From an uncultured bacterium (GTDB taxonomy: Bacteria; Verrucomicrobiota; Verrucomicrobiia; Limisphaerales; UBA8199), in NCBI GenBank assembly GCA_963749495.1, contig CAVVMW010000006.1:448001-512000 (forward strand): 64,000 nt of DNA, in the 5' to 3' direction. Made by a program: the position numbers and the translations under genes. The notes beneath the pieces were generated by a model. The model worked only from the letters and a program-made list of their open reading frames with translations, was not told the DNA's origin and searched no databases. Below are positions 1 through 10,115 of this stretch, one piece after another (the first letter of the stretch is position 1; each line of letters begins with the position of its first letter).

Positions 1-1
1 T

Positions 2-2704
2 TGTCCGAAACTCATCCAGGTCCTCTCCCACACGAACGGTGTTCAGTGCGCCGTGTTCAGCCCCAACGGAAGGTCGGTCCTCACGATCAGCGATGATGCC
101 AGGGTTTGGGATGCCGCGACCGGCGAGCCCGTCACTCCTGCCTTCTGCCACACGCCTTCAGTGGGCTGCCCTACCGCCTTCAGCCCCGATGGCACTCGCG
201 TGGTCATCCTCGGGCCGGACGCGAACACGGCGCGGGTCTATGACGCGCGCACGGGCGAGCCGATTACCCCTCCCTTGGTGAACAGCAACGCCCTCTATCA
301 TGCGGCGTTTAGTCCGGATGGCCGCCGCGTGGTCACGGGTGGCTGGGATACTCGGGTGCTGGTGTGGGATGCGGACTCGGGTGCGTGTGTGCTCCCGCCG
401 CTCCGGCACCAGGGCGTTGTGACCCAAGCCTCCTTCAGCCCGGATAATCGGCGGATACTCACGGCCAGCTTCGACGGGACCGCGCGCCTCTGGGATGCGG
501 CGACGGGCCTGGAGCTATGCCCGCCCCTGTGCCATGAAGATGCGGTCCGGGACGCCGTCTTCAGTCCGGATGGCCGCTGCGTCGCTACGGCGAGCGTCGA
601 CCAGACGGCTCGATTGTGGGATGCCAATACAGGCCAACCGGTCGGTCAGCCCCTGAATCACCCTAAAGAAGTCTATCACGTCTCCTTCAGCCCCGATGGG
701 CGCCGGCTGCTCACCAGCGGATTGGAGGAAGCTCGCGTCTGGGATCTCTCCACGGGGAAGTTTTTGACTTTCAAGCACGTCTCGATTACAGGCTGGATGC
801 GGTTTCCTCTTTTTAGTCCGAACGGGAAGTTCCTCATCTCGGCCGACAGCGATCACAGCGCGCGGGTCTATGATGCGTTGACGGTCCAACCGCTCGGCCC
901 GCCTTTGCCCCATAATGGGCCAATCACTCACGCGGCTTTCAGTCCTGACAGCCGCCAGGTTGTCACCGCCAGCGCGGACGGCACGGCGCGCATTTGGGAG
1001 ATCAACCCGCCGGACGCGCGCGCGGTGTCATCTCCATCTCGCAGCCTGGTGAACCGGGCCGCTTTCAGCCCCGACCGCCGGCGTTTGGCCATCGCGTCCG
1101 GTGACGGCACCGCGCGACTGGTCGATGCGCTCAGCGGAAAAGCTATCGGCCCGGTCCTTCGGCACGATGGACCCGTGCTGCACAACGGAAACCCGTTCGG
1201 CCCGGTCCTTCGGTACGATGGACCCGTGCTGCACATTTGCTTCAGTCCTGATGGCCGCTGGCTGGCCACGGCCGGACTCGATGCGAGCCTGCGAGTGTGG
1301 GACGCGGCCACGGGCCTGCCCGTCGGCTCCCCTATGAACCAGGGGGACTGGATTACGGAGGGGATGACGAGACTCTGGCTCAACGAACTGTCCGTCGGCT
1401 CCTCGATGAAGCAGGCCGGCTGGGTTACCTTTGCCTGCTTCAGCCCTGACAGCCGGCGAGTCTGCGCCGTCGCAGGCCAGCGGCTGCAAATATGGGAGCC
1501 CGCCACCGGCCAGCCAACGACCCTGTTGATGGAGCATAGCGCCCTGATTGAATACGCGGCGTTCAGCAGCGTCGACGGGCGCCTTGTTAGCGCTTGTGCC
1601 GACGGCACTGCGCGTGTTTGGAACGCGGAAACCGGCGAAGCCATCACTCCCGTCTTCAGACACGAACAGGCGGTGTTCCACGCGTCTTTCAGCCCGGATG
1701 CCCGATTCGTCGTCACGGCCAGTTGCGACCGAACCGCGCGGGTGTGGGATGCCAAGACCGGTGAATTGGTGATGGTGCCGCTTTCGCATGACACTGCCGT
1801 GCAAGCTGCCGCCTTCAACTCCGCCGGGACTCGCATCTTCACGCTAACCGAGGAGGGCCTTTGCTCCTGGGACTTGCCGTCGGAAGCTCGGCCCGTTGAG
1901 GATTTGGCGCTTCAGGCCGCGGTCCTGGCCGGCCGCCGCCTCGACTTCACGGGCAGTTTCTCGGACCTCACGCCCGAAGAGAGTCGCGAAGGCTGGCAGC
2001 GGCTCCGCTCCAGGCACCCGACCCGGCTCTATCCTCGCGAGAGGATCGGTCCGGCGGAGGTCGGGCCTGGGAACGCCGAGGCTGGGAGATTTCTCGAATC
2101 GTTGGAGCTGACTCGCCGAACCCCCGAGCGGCATGCGCAGGCCCGCCCTTTCTGCGTCGATCTTTCGGCCGCCGTCAATCTGCATCTCAATGCCGAGCTG
2201 CGTAACATGGCTCGTGGGGGAAGCCTCCCGACCCTGCCGCAAGGCCGGCAGAAGTTTGGCGAGACCGAATTCGAGATCGGCCCCGGTGTCGTTCAATTTG
2301 CCTGCCAGTATTTCCAGTTGATGGGCACCGAGTTCCCCCAAAAACAGTTCCTCGGCCTCAAGGTGGGCCGCAAATGCCGCACACTGCATTTCCTTCATGC
2401 CCGGCGGTGGGGTGATTTGAAGGCGGCATTTCTGGCCAGCTATCTGATCCACTTCGCCAACGGGCTAACCTGGGAAATACCGGTGACCAACCAAAACCAA
2501 GGCAACGTGAGATACAGCGGGGATGAACCCGGGGGGGCCAAGGGATCGATCGTCGCCTGGAGGGGGACAAACAGTTTGGGTCAGGTTCGGCTCTTCCAAA
2601 CTTCCTGGGAGAACCCGCTGCCGGAAGTCGAAGTGGAAAGCATCAACCTCGTGTCCGGCATGAGTTTCTACCCGGCCTTCCTGGCAGCCATTACCGTTGA
2701 ATAG
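2..2704 (+). CDS. WD40-repeat protein, 5'-truncated by the window edge, with a C-terminal beta-sandwich-like domain
   Basis: Frame is open from base 2. Many repeats of H-x-V-x-x-A-x-FSPDG...TAS-D-x-TAR-x-WD. Non-repeat C-terminus ending SWENPLPEVEVESINLVS. Confidence 0.9.
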   Translation, partial: CPKLIQVLSHTNGVQCAVFSPNGRSVLTISDDARVWDAATGEPVTPAFCHTPSVGCPTAFSPDGTRVVILGPDANTARVYDARTGEPITPPLVNSNALYHAAFSPDGRRVVTGGWDTRVLVWDADSGACVLPPLRHQGVVTQASFSPDNRRILTASFDGTARLWDAATGLELCPPLCHEDAVRDAVFSPDGRCVATASVDQTARLWDANTGQPVGQPLNHPKEVYHVSFSPDGRRLLTSGLEEARVWDLSTGKFLTFKHVSITGWMRFPLFSPNGKFLISADSDHSARVYDALTVQPLGPPLPHNGPITHAAFSPDSRQVVTASADGTARIWEINPPDARAVSSPSRSLVNRAAFSPDRRRLAIASGDGTARLVDALSGKAIGPVLRHDGPVLHNGNPFGPVLRYDGPVLHICFSPDGRWLATAGLDASLRVWDAATGLPVGSPMNQGDWITEGMTRLWLNELSVGSSMKQAGWVTFACFSPDSRRVCAVAGQRLQIWEPATGQPTTLLMEHSALIEYAAFSSVDGRLVSACADGTARVWNAETGEAITPVFRHEQAVFHASFSPDARFVVTASCDRTARVWDAKTGELVMVPLSHDTAVQAAAFNSAGTRIFTLTEEGLCSWDLPSEARPVEDLALQAAVLAGRRLDFTGSFSDLTPEESREGWQRLRSRHPTRLYPRERIGPAEVGPGNAEAGRFLESLELTRRTPERHAQARPFCVDLSAAVNLHLNAELRNMARGGSLPTLPQGRQKFGETEFEIGPGVVQFACQYFQLMGTEFPQKQFLGLKVGRKCRTLHFLHARRWGDLKAAFLASYLIHFANGLTWEIPVTNQNQGNVRYSGDEPGGAKGSIVAWRGTNSLGQVRLFQTSWENPLPEVEVESINLVSGMSFYPAFLAAITVE

Positions 2705-2930
2705 CTCGCGTCTCCCGCGAGGGACACGTGCAGACCCGCGCCTCAAACGAGCCTCCGTCTTCTCTGCGTCCTCATCGGAGTGACACCCCGCCGGTGATGA
2801 AACCGGCCGCGCGAGATTTCCTGTAAGGTTTTCCAATTTTTCCTGCTGTAGAGGATGACGGCCATGAAACTGTGGCCATAACAAACAACAACTTCGGAGC
2901 TTGGCTTCCGAAAAAGAAAGAAAAAGCAGT

Positions 2931-3458
2931 ATGACAAGATTCAGTCTATCCAAAGTCCTCGGGGTCGCTCTCGGATGCGCGGCCCTCGTCCTCAGCAGCG
3001 TTTCCCTCAGCGCGGCACAGATCCGCGCCAATGCCGGAACGACGTTCGTCCTCTACCCCACCGCTGATCCAACTGTGTTGACGCACACGGTGGATGGCGT
3101 CGTCCAGGTCTCGCTCATGGGCAACTGCACGGTCCATTTCGATGTCGTAGTGACGGCCAAAAGCGCTGAGCTCTACGCGCTAAAGGGTTCTCTCACCATT
3201 ACCAGTGCCACCGGGGCTGCCACCCTCAAGGCCGATGTCGCAGGGGTTGGAACAATCGATCCGGACAATGGCAATTTCCTCAACATCCATTACAAGGTGG
3301 TGTTTACGGGTGGCTCAGGCGCATTCGCGCATGCGCACGGTCAGGCCGAGATCAATGGTTTCGCCTATTTTACGACCCAGGGGCTTGTCCAGCCCGCGGG
3401 CGCTTACGCCACGGGCAAGGCAACCTGGACCATGAAGGGACAGGTGGAGAAGAACTGA
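2931..3458 (+). CDS. Hypothetical secreted protein (beta-rich)
   Basis: N-terminal signal peptide MTRFSLSKVLGVALGCAALVLSSVSLSA; FTGGSGAFAHAHG motif resembling dirigent/AOC-like barrels. Confidence 0.7.
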   Translation: MTRFSLSKVLGVALGCAALVLSSVSLSAAQIRANAGTTFVLYPTADPTVLTHTVDGVVQVSLMGNCTVHFDVVVTAKSAELYALKGSLTITSATGAATLKADVAGVGTIDPDNGNFLNIHYKVVFTGGSGAFAHAHGQAEINGFAYFTTQGLVQPAGAYATGKATWTMKGQVEKN

Positions 3459-3496
3459 CAACCTGCCTCAAGAGATCCCGTGCGGAAACGACCCAA

Positions 3497-3530
3497 CCCT
3501 GCCAGGCGGGCCGCCCCCCGCCTGGCAGGG
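3497..3530 (+). terminator. GC-rich hairpin after the secreted-protein gene
   Basis: CCCTGCCAGGCGGG...CCCGCCTGGCAGGG inverted repeat; no clear U-tract. Confidence 0.35.
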
Positions 3531-3563
3531 CGGACATGAGCGGCCCCCACCACCAAAGCCAGA

Positions 3564-3870
3564 ATGTGTTTACAAAGCCGGCTCCAGGATGTGCACTTCC
3601 TCTTGGGAGAACTAAGCCAGCTCGAACAAAGCGATCCGCTTTTGGCCAACCGCCTCGATCTGGATCACATCGGCATCATGGGATGGTCCTTTGGTGGCGG
3701 CACGGCGGCCGAGGCCTGCCGCACCAATGGCCAGATCAAAGCCGTGGGATTGCTGGACGCCTACCTGGATCCTCTGCCCGACCTGCTGAGCCTGGGACTC
3801 CAAAAGCCATTCCTGGCCATGAATAGTCCCAGTTCCGGTTTGGCGGGGAGCAACCTAACGATGTTGTCAA
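3564..3870 (+). pseudogene. Internal fragment of an alpha/beta hydrolase (PAF-acetylhydrolase-like)
   Basis: RLDLDHIGIMGWSFGGGTA nucleophile elbow (GxSxG) and AVGLLD. N-terminal half is missing and similarity stops at the REP element. Confidence 0.65.
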
Positions 3871-3888
3871 GTGGTTTGCGGTCGGTTG

Positions 3889-4130
3889 TTGTCCCGGAGG
3901 GACATCCCGACAATAGCCCGGCGCTTCAGCGCCGGGAGGCGGTTTAGTGTTGCGTCCGTCCCGAAGGGACGGTTGAATCAGTCACATGTCATACAAGAGG
4001 CATCGGATTGAGTGCGACGAGCGCTATTTGTGGGATTGAGCTTCAAGCGTCTCTTCGGGACGCGGGTTCCTTGCGCGTCGTACCCGGCGCTGAAGCGCCG
4101 GGCTATTCTCGGGATGTCCCTCCGGGACAA
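3889..4130. repeat. REPIN-like inverted-repeat element (GTCCCGGAGGGAC family)
   Basis: 3889-3936 and 4083-4130 are 48-bp inverted repeats with one mismatch; inner inverted pair at about 3958-3977 and 4042-4062. Confidence 0.9.
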
Positions 4131-4203
4131 AGCTTCAGGGCGACCCGGCGTGAGCATTCCCGTCAAACTAGCCCAACACCTGAACAGTGATCAACAGAAC
4201 GGC

Positions 4204-4458
4204 ATGCGCACCTGGCTCAGATACGTCCTCCTGGCGGTGCTGGCGTGGGCAATAGTCAACTTCACCACCACCGCTGCCATCGGGCACCCGCGGGCGTATT
4301 ACTCGAAATATATGCCCGCGTTGCTCATCTTCTTGCTTTTATCTTGCTCGGCGGCGCCTGCTGCGCCCATAGTCAGGCATGACTGCCCGACAACTAAAGG
4401 TCCTCGCGCTCCTGGCCCTCGGCATGGCCGGCCTCCAATCACCTTGCCTCGGCGGTGA
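4204..4458 (+). pseudogene. Possible remnant of a membrane-protein gene
   Basis: Hydrophobic N-terminus MRTWLRYVLLAVLAWAIVNFTTT, then runs into and overlaps the next gene. Confidence 0.25.
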
Positions 4459-5383
4459 AACACCCTCGTTGCGCGCCAAGTGGGAAATGCCCGCCAAGTG
4501 CGACCCCTTCGCTCCCGTCCGAATCCAGGATCTGAAGGAGGAGCTGCGCCAGACCGGCTACCGCCTCGTGATCGCCATTCATCCCGACCGCCCCGCCGAT
4601 GCCAAAGGCGAACCGCCGCCTCGCGACCTCTTCCTCATCAACGCCGACGGCACCGGCCTCAAGCAACTCACCAAAACGCCCGATGTCGACGAGCGTGTCC
4701 CGCGGACCTCGCCGGACGGCAAAATGTTCACCTACAACTACGGCGATTACCTGGTCGATGTCGCCACCCTCAAGACCCGCGAACTCTACGGCGGCTATGT
4801 CTGGGCTCCCGACAGCCGTGAAACCATCGACTGCGGCAAAATGGGCATCACCTACCACAGCGTCGAGACCGGCAAGAAGACCCGGACAACCCCGGTGGCC
4901 CGCAAGGTGGATATCGTCGATCTCACGCCCAACGGAGAGTGGTTCATCTTCGAGCTTCGGAATTACCTGGGATGCCAATACACAATCGATTTCCTCTCCG
5001 CCGCCGGGGGCGAAATCCGCAAGCTCCCCAACCACGCGATCCGTGAAGGCGAATGCCACCCGGCCTTCTCGCCCGACGGCAAGTGGCACTGCTGGAACGC
5101 GGGGGGGAGCCTGGCCATTCGAAAGTTCGACCCCTCCTTGCCCGACGGCACCGACGGGAAGGTCGTCACGCTGCCGCGGGAGCCGATCGGCCAGGACCCG
5201 TGCGGGCGCTGGTCGCACTGCGGGCGCTACATCGCCTACGTGCGGATTCCGCACGCCGGCAGTTGGCGGGTTCACAGCCCCATTTGCATCGTGCGGGTGG
5301 CGGACGGCGCCACGATCACCCTCAGCCCCCCGGGATGGCTCGGCCACCACTGGGACTACGATTGGCTGCCCCCCGAAGAATAA
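4379..5383 (+). CDS. Secreted TolB/PD40-like beta-propeller protein
   Basis: Signal peptide; DLFLINADGTGLKQLT, PRTSPDGK, HPAFSPDGKW and WSHCGRYIAY repeats. Confidence 0.8.
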   Translation: MTARQLKVLALLALGMAGLQSPCLGGETPSLRAKWEMPAKCDPFAPVRIQDLKEELRQTGYRLVIAIHPDRPADAKGEPPPRDLFLINADGTGLKQLTKTPDVDERVPRTSPDGKMFTYNYGDYLVDVATLKTRELYGGYVWAPDSRETIDCGKMGITYHSVETGKKTRTTPVARKVDIVDLTPNGEWFIFELRNYLGCQYTIDFLSAAGGEIRKLPNHAIREGECHPAFSPDGKWHCWNAGGSLAIRKFDPSLPDGTDGKVVTLPREPIGQDPCGRWSHCGRYIAYVRIPHAGSWRVHSPICIVRVADGATITLSPPGWLGHHWDYDWLPPEE

Positions 5384-5391
5384 AGCCGCCG

Positions 5392-6369
5392 ATGAACAGT
5401 GCCTATCTCCTTCTCGGTTTCGCCGCGTTGGCGGGCGGTTGCGGCGCGCGGCCGGAGAAGGCCGGCGAGCAACCTCGGCCCTTGGCGACCGCCAGTGGGA
5501 TCGAAATGGTCGCGGCCCCAGCCGGTTCATTCGAGATGGGCTCCGCCGACCAGGACGAACCCGACCAAAAGCTCCACAAGATCTATGTGAGCGCATTCCT
5601 CATCGACAAATACCCGGTAACCCAGGAGGCCTATGAAAAGCTGATGGGCAAGAACCCTTCGCTTTGGAAGGGACCGCGCAACCCGGTGGATCAGATGCGT
5701 TGGCCCGACGCGGCCGCGTTCTGCAACGCCCGCTCCCGGGCCGAAGGGTTGCGGCCCGCCTATGACACCAACACCGGGGCGTGTGATTTTGATGCCGACG
5801 GTTATCGCCTTCCCACCGAGGCGGAGTACGAATACGCGCTCCGCGCGGGCTCGGCGGGCGCCGGCTATTGGTTTGGAAATTCACCCGAGGATTTGAAGCG
5901 CCATGCGTGGTTCAAGGGGAACAGCCCGCGCGGCTCGCATCCTGTGGGCGAAAAACCGCCCAACGACTGGGGCCTGTGTGACATGGTTGGCAACGTCTGG
6001 GAGTGGTGCAATGATTGGTACCAGGAGGACTACTATCGGCACAGCCCCGAGCGGGACCCGCGCGGCCCGGCTACGGGCCAGAACCGCGTCGTCCGGGGGG
6101 GCTGCTGGAATTCGAAGCCCGACTGCTGCCGCGCCGCCTACCGCTATTATGAAATGCCCGCCTACACCGACATCTGCTTTGCCAAGGACCTCCACGGCCA
6201 GATCGGCTTCCGGTGCGTGAGGAAACCACCCGCCAAGCGCCGACGACCAACGGCTCGTCTTCGATCCGGCGACGATGCGCGTGGCACAGTCAAGAAATCG
6301 CCTCATCCTCGCTCCACAACTGCAGTTGACTCGAGCATTGTTTGTTGGGGTTCATGTGGCCGGCAGTGA
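5392..6369 (+). CDS. Formylglycine-generating-enzyme (FGE-sulfatase) domain lipoprotein
   Basis: Lipobox-like LAGGC; FEMGS, YRLPTEAEYEYA, PNDWGLCDMVGNVWEWC, RVVRGGCW and IGFRCV motifs. ATG at 5392. Confidence 0.9.
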   Translation: MNSAYLLLGFAALAGGCGARPEKAGEQPRPLATASGIEMVAAPAGSFEMGSADQDEPDQKLHKIYVSAFLIDKYPVTQEAYEKLMGKNPSLWKGPRNPVDQMRWPDAAAFCNARSRAEGLRPAYDTNTGACDFDADGYRLPTEAEYEYALRAGSAGAGYWFGNSPEDLKRHAWFKGNSPRGSHPVGEKPPNDWGLCDMVGNVWEWCNDWYQEDYYRHSPERDPRGPATGQNRVVRGGCWNSKPDCCRAAYRYYEMPAYTDICFAKDLHGQIGFRCVRKPPAKRRRPTARLRSGDDARGTVKKSPHPRSTTAVDSSIVCWGSCGRQ

Positions 6370-6428
6370 CGAAAGTGACGCGTCCCGGCACTGGCCTTGG
6401 CGTCGTGGGGGCGGGGCCACGGCGCCCG

Positions 6429-6913
6429 TCAGTCCCGCAGCCGCCGCGTGTAGATGAAGAGGTCGTCGCCGGGCCTGTCGGTACCTCGGGGATGACAGCG
6501 GTGCGGACAAATTGCCGGGACTCGTAGAGGCTGCGGGCGGCGGCGTAGGCAGGAGTCGAGGAGGTGTAGATGACGATGAGCCGGCCGCCCTCGGCGCAGG
6601 CAACGCGGACGGCCTCGGCCAGCAGGGCCCCGCCCAGGCCGCGTCCGCGCGCCTCCGGCAGGGTGCAGACCCAAAAGAGGTCCCAAGTGCCGTGAGTCAG
6701 CGCTTCCCAGCCGAAACAGGCGAACCCGGCCATCGAGCCGTCGAGCCAGCCCGACAGGAATCGGTAGTTGTCCGGCGTCGGTTTGGACAGGGCCTGGCCG
6801 AACATCTCGTCCACGCACTGGGCGTCGCTTGGCCCGAACAAGCCGGAGTGAAGCAGGATGTTGCAGATGCCCGGGCGGTCGGCGGGGGTGGAGGGGAGGA
6901 CCAGGGGGGTCAT
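6429..6913 (-). CDS. GNAT N-acetyltransferase (frameshift near 6480)
   Basis: WDLFWVCTLPEARGRGLGGALL acetyl-CoA motif and YTSSTPAYAAARSLYE. C-terminus RPGDDLFIYTRRL lies in another frame. Confidence 0.85.
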
Positions 6914-7920
6914 GGCGGGGAATTTGAAATTGGAAATTTGCGGGCGGCGGCCATGAGGACCAGGCGCTCGAGCAGGGCGCCGTAATCCCAGCCTGCGGCG
7001 CGGGCCGTGTCGGCGAAGCCGCCGGTCTCGCTGAGATCGCAATTGGCATTGACATCGAGCACCAGCGGTTTTCCGTCCTGCAGCCGCACATCGATGCGAC
7101 TGTAATCGCGCAGGCCGCAGGCCAGGTGCGCGCGCCGGGCCAGCCCGGCCAATTCCGAGGCGCTCTGCGGGCAGAGCGGCGCCGGACAGGTGGGCAGTGT
7201 CTTGAGATAGGCCTCTGAATGGGGCAGCCACTTGGCCTCGAAGGTGCAGAGCCGGTCACGCGCCTCCGCAAAGGCCTCGTAGCGAATCACGCTGATGCCC
7301 AGCACCTCGAGGGCCTCTAGCGGTCCCCAGAGCGAGATGGCGTATTCTTCGCTGTCGAGGAATTCCTCGATCAGCGCGCCACCGCGCCCCGCGTATTGGC
7401 CCAGCACGGCCTGGGCTTGGGTTCGGGCCTGGGCGAGAGTCCAGACCACGGAGTCGCGAGTGATGCCGAAGGAACAGTGCTCGCCGGCGGGCTTGACGAT
7501 GGCGGGAAAGAGGGAGAAGTCGAGCGACTGGGCGCAGGAGACCTGCCGCCAGCGCGGGGTGGGCAGGGCGGCATCCTGGAGAAGCCGTTTCATCGAGGGC
7601 TTGAACTGGGTCTGGTGCAGGGCCTTGGCCGGGCTGCCGGTGAAGGCAAAGCCGCGCCGTTCCAGTTCGCGGGCGACGGCCGCGTAATAAGAGGCCTGGT
7701 GCGGCGAGCCTTCGCACAGGTTGAAGACCAGCCACTGGTCCGGGTCGAAAGGGGCCAGGGCGGCGGCCAGGTCGGTTTGGACCTGGGCAGTGGCGATGGG
7801 CCAACCGCGCGCGGCCAGGGCGCCCCGGACTCGACGGATCATCCGGCGCGTGTCGGCGGCATCAACCGGGAGTGTTTGCTCATCGATGCCGTAAAGCAGC
7901 AGCAGAGGCGGGCGTCTCAT
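6910..7920 (-). CDS. D-Ala-D-Ala-ligase-like ATP-grasp protein
   Basis: VFNLCEG, AIVKPAGEHCSFGI, ALIEEFLD, DYSRIDVRL and LDVNANCDL motifs. Confidence 0.85.
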   Translation of the reverse strand: MRRPPLLLLYGIDEQTLPVDAADTRRMIRRVRGALAARGWPIATAQVQTDLAAALAPFDPDQWLVFNLCEGSPHQASYYAAVARELERRGFAFTGSPAKALHQTQFKPSMKRLLQDAALPTPRWRQVSCAQSLDFSLFPAIVKPAGEHCSFGITRDSVVWTLAQARTQAQAVLGQYAGRGGALIEEFLDSEEYAISLWGPLEALEVLGISVIRYEAFAEARDRLCTFEAKWLPHSEAYLKTLPTCPAPLCPQSASELAGLARRAHLACGLRDYSRIDVRLQDGKPLVLDVNANCDLSETGGFADTARAAGWDYGALLERLVLMAAARKFPISNSPP

Positions 7921-7932
7921 CCTGGGTCGGGC

Positions 7933-8958
7933 TCACTGCAAGCGGCAGCGCTTGAGGGCGGCGGTCAGGACGGAGGCGACCAGTTGGGCATGAGTGAGGC
8001 CGCTGGCCTTGGCCATCATGGTCATGTCGCTGCGCGGGGTGATGCCTGGCAGGGCGTTGATTTCCAGGATGTAGAGCTGGCCCTGGGGCGTGAGCCGGAA
8101 ATCAACCCGGCCATAATCCCGGCAGCCGGTGACGACAAAGGTTTCGATGGTCAGACGCTTGACCTTGCGGGCGACCGCCTGGGGCAGCGGGGCCGGACAA
8201 CGATAGCGGAAGAGGTGGTCGAGATCGTTCTTGTGCTTCGAGGAATAGACCGGCAGGAGGTCCGGCGGGTAGCCGGCGAAGTCCACTTCCAGGACGGGCA
8301 GGACCTGAAGGTCGCCGTTGTTGCCGACGACGCCACAGGTCAATTCCCGGCCGGGGATGAACCTCTCGACCAGGGCGGGCTGGCGGTAGCGGCGCAAAAT
8401 CCTGTCCACCTGGGCGCGCAACTGGGCGTGGTTGTTGACGATGCTCTCGTTTTGGACTCCCATGCCGGTGCCCTCGTGGGAGGGCTTGACGAACAAGGGA
8501 AAGGGCAGCAGGCAGCCCAGCGCCGCGTCCGGGCACTCCAGGACCTCGAACTCCGGCGTGGGCAGGCCGGCGGCGGTGAGCAACCGTTTGGTGGTGGGCT
8601 TGTCCTGGGTGACGGCCGCGGCCAGCGGGGCCGGGCCGCTGTAGGGCAACCCCAGGGCCTCCAGCAGCGCGGGCATCTGGGCCTCCCGGCTCTCGCCTCC
8701 AAACCCCTCGCACACGTTGAAACAAAACTGCGGCCGGACCCGGCGCAGCCACTCGATCACCGCCAAATCCGGAAAGCCCTCGTGTACCATCGGCTCGCAC
8801 CCGGCGGTTCGAATCCCCGCCTCGTAGGCCTCGATGTACTGGGCCGCATCCACCTCGGCCGTGCAATCGCGCGGGGCATTGGCCGGCAGGGCGTAATTCC
8901 CGTTGGTAGTATTGACCAGCAGCGCCACACGCGGGCGCCTATTCGATTTCGCAGACAT
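7933..8958 (-). CDS. D-Ala-D-Ala-ligase-like ATP-grasp protein
   Basis: FNVCEGFGGESREAQMPALLE, FVKPSHEGTGMG, LVERFIPGRE, YGRVDFRL and LEINALPG motifs. Start MSAKSNRR at 8958. Confidence 0.88.
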   Translation of the reverse strand: MSAKSNRRPRVALLVNTTNGNYALPANAPRDCTAEVDAAQYIEAYEAGIRTAGCEPMVHEGFPDLAVIEWLRRVRPQFCFNVCEGFGGESREAQMPALLEALGLPYSGPAPLAAAVTQDKPTTKRLLTAAGLPTPEFEVLECPDAALGCLLPFPLFVKPSHEGTGMGVQNESIVNNHAQLRAQVDRILRRYRQPALVERFIPGRELTCGVVGNNGDLQVLPVLEVDFAGYPPDLLPVYSSKHKNDLDHLFRYRCPAPLPQAVARKVKRLTIETFVVTGCRDYGRVDFRLTPQGQLYILEINALPGITPRSDMTMMAKASGLTHAQLVASVLTAALKRCRLQ

Positions 8959-9017
8959 TTTCTCGGCCCCGGAGATTCGCAGACCCAGACCGGCCAGGCA
9001 ACAGAAAAAAAGAGGTC

Positions 9018-9719
9018 TCAGTGATGGTTGAGCGCGTGCACCGCCATCTCCTTCATGATGATGGCTCCGTGGATGAGGGCCAGGACCAGCAGGGCCACCC
9101 CGGAGATGTGCTCCATACGCAGGAGGGTTCGTTGACTGAACTTCCCCTGGCCCAGGGAGACGACCCAGCTCAGGACCAGAAACCAGAGACCTGTCCCCAG
9201 GGCCACGCCCGCCACGCAGGCCAGCTTGCCCGGCCAATCCGGGGAAACCCATTCGCGGGAGATGAAGTTGGCCGCCAGGATGATCCACCAGACCAGCACG
9301 CCCAGGTTGCCCATCACCCGCACCAACCCGGACATGAAGGCCGAGTGCGGATGGAACCGCTGGCCCAGGCGCGCCTCGATTCGGTTGGCCGTCTTGCCCA
9401 GCGGCACCGGGTCTGTCTGGACCGAGCGGGCCATCAGGAATTTCACTCCCAGGAAGAGCATGAAGACGAAGCTGAACAACTCCATCGCCGCCTTGACGTA
9501 GCCGCGCGTGAAAAACGAGGCGAACCCCGTGAACGCGATGAAACAGTAGATGACCTCCATCGTCGTGGCCCCCAGCCCAATCAGCACCGCCCACTTGAAA
9601 CCCCGCCGCGCTCCCTCGTTCAGAATCGTCAGATTGACCGGGCCAACCGGGATGGACAAGAGCAGCCCGCTGATAAGCCCCGTGAATGCCGCCAACACGA
9701 TGGGGTACAGGTTATCCAT
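9018..9719 (-). CDS. LysE-family translocator
   Basis: LLLSIPVGPVNLTILNEGARRGF N-terminal LysE signature; multiple transmembrane segments. Confidence 0.85.
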   Translation of the reverse strand: MDNLYPIVLAAFTGLISGLLLSIPVGPVNLTILNEGARRGFKWAVLIGLGATTMEVIYCFIAFTGFASFFTRGYVKAAMELFSFVFMLFLGVKFLMARSVQTDPVPLGKTANRIEARLGQRFHPHSAFMSGLVRVMGNLGVLVWWIILAANFISREWVSPDWPGKLACVAGVALGTGLWFLVLSWVVSLGQGKFSQRTLLRMEHISGVALLVLALIHGAIIMKEMAVHALNHH

Positions 9720-10115
9720 GCCTTGCGACGCCGAACCGGTCCGCACTCATAAGCTCAGCCATTCAGGTCCCTCAAGTCTCTTTCAGGTTTCCTCAACTCT
9801 TGCCTTCCGATCTCATCAAAACAGGCGCGCCGCATCCCCCGCCTTGGCGCGCCGAGTTTTGAGTCTGCTCACCCCGGTGTCAAGACCGAATGGCGCGCAG
9901 GCGCGGCGCCGCCGCCCGCAGACCACGCAGAAGAAGGCCCCGACAGATTCAGGTTTCCGCGTGCTCTGCGTGTTCTGCGGGCCACGCTCCGCGGGGGGCG
10001 CGATTAAAAGCGTCGGGCATGCGCCTCGGGGCTTTTTGTCCCGGAGGGACATCTGACTTGTGAAGAGTCAGGTCTTTTTTGTGAAACTGGCCATCTGGAT
10101 TTTGCATTTTCTTCA

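Noticed and set aside
5392..6369. Diversity-generating retroelement target (FGE/CLec fold, with an Avd-like fold gene elsewhere in the window)
   Set aside because: I saw no template repeat differing at adenines and no reverse transcriptase in the window.
6910..8958. Vancomycin-resistance or canonical ddl genes
   Set aside because: The canonical Ddl/Van N-terminal motif and vanH/vanX or dcw context are missing.
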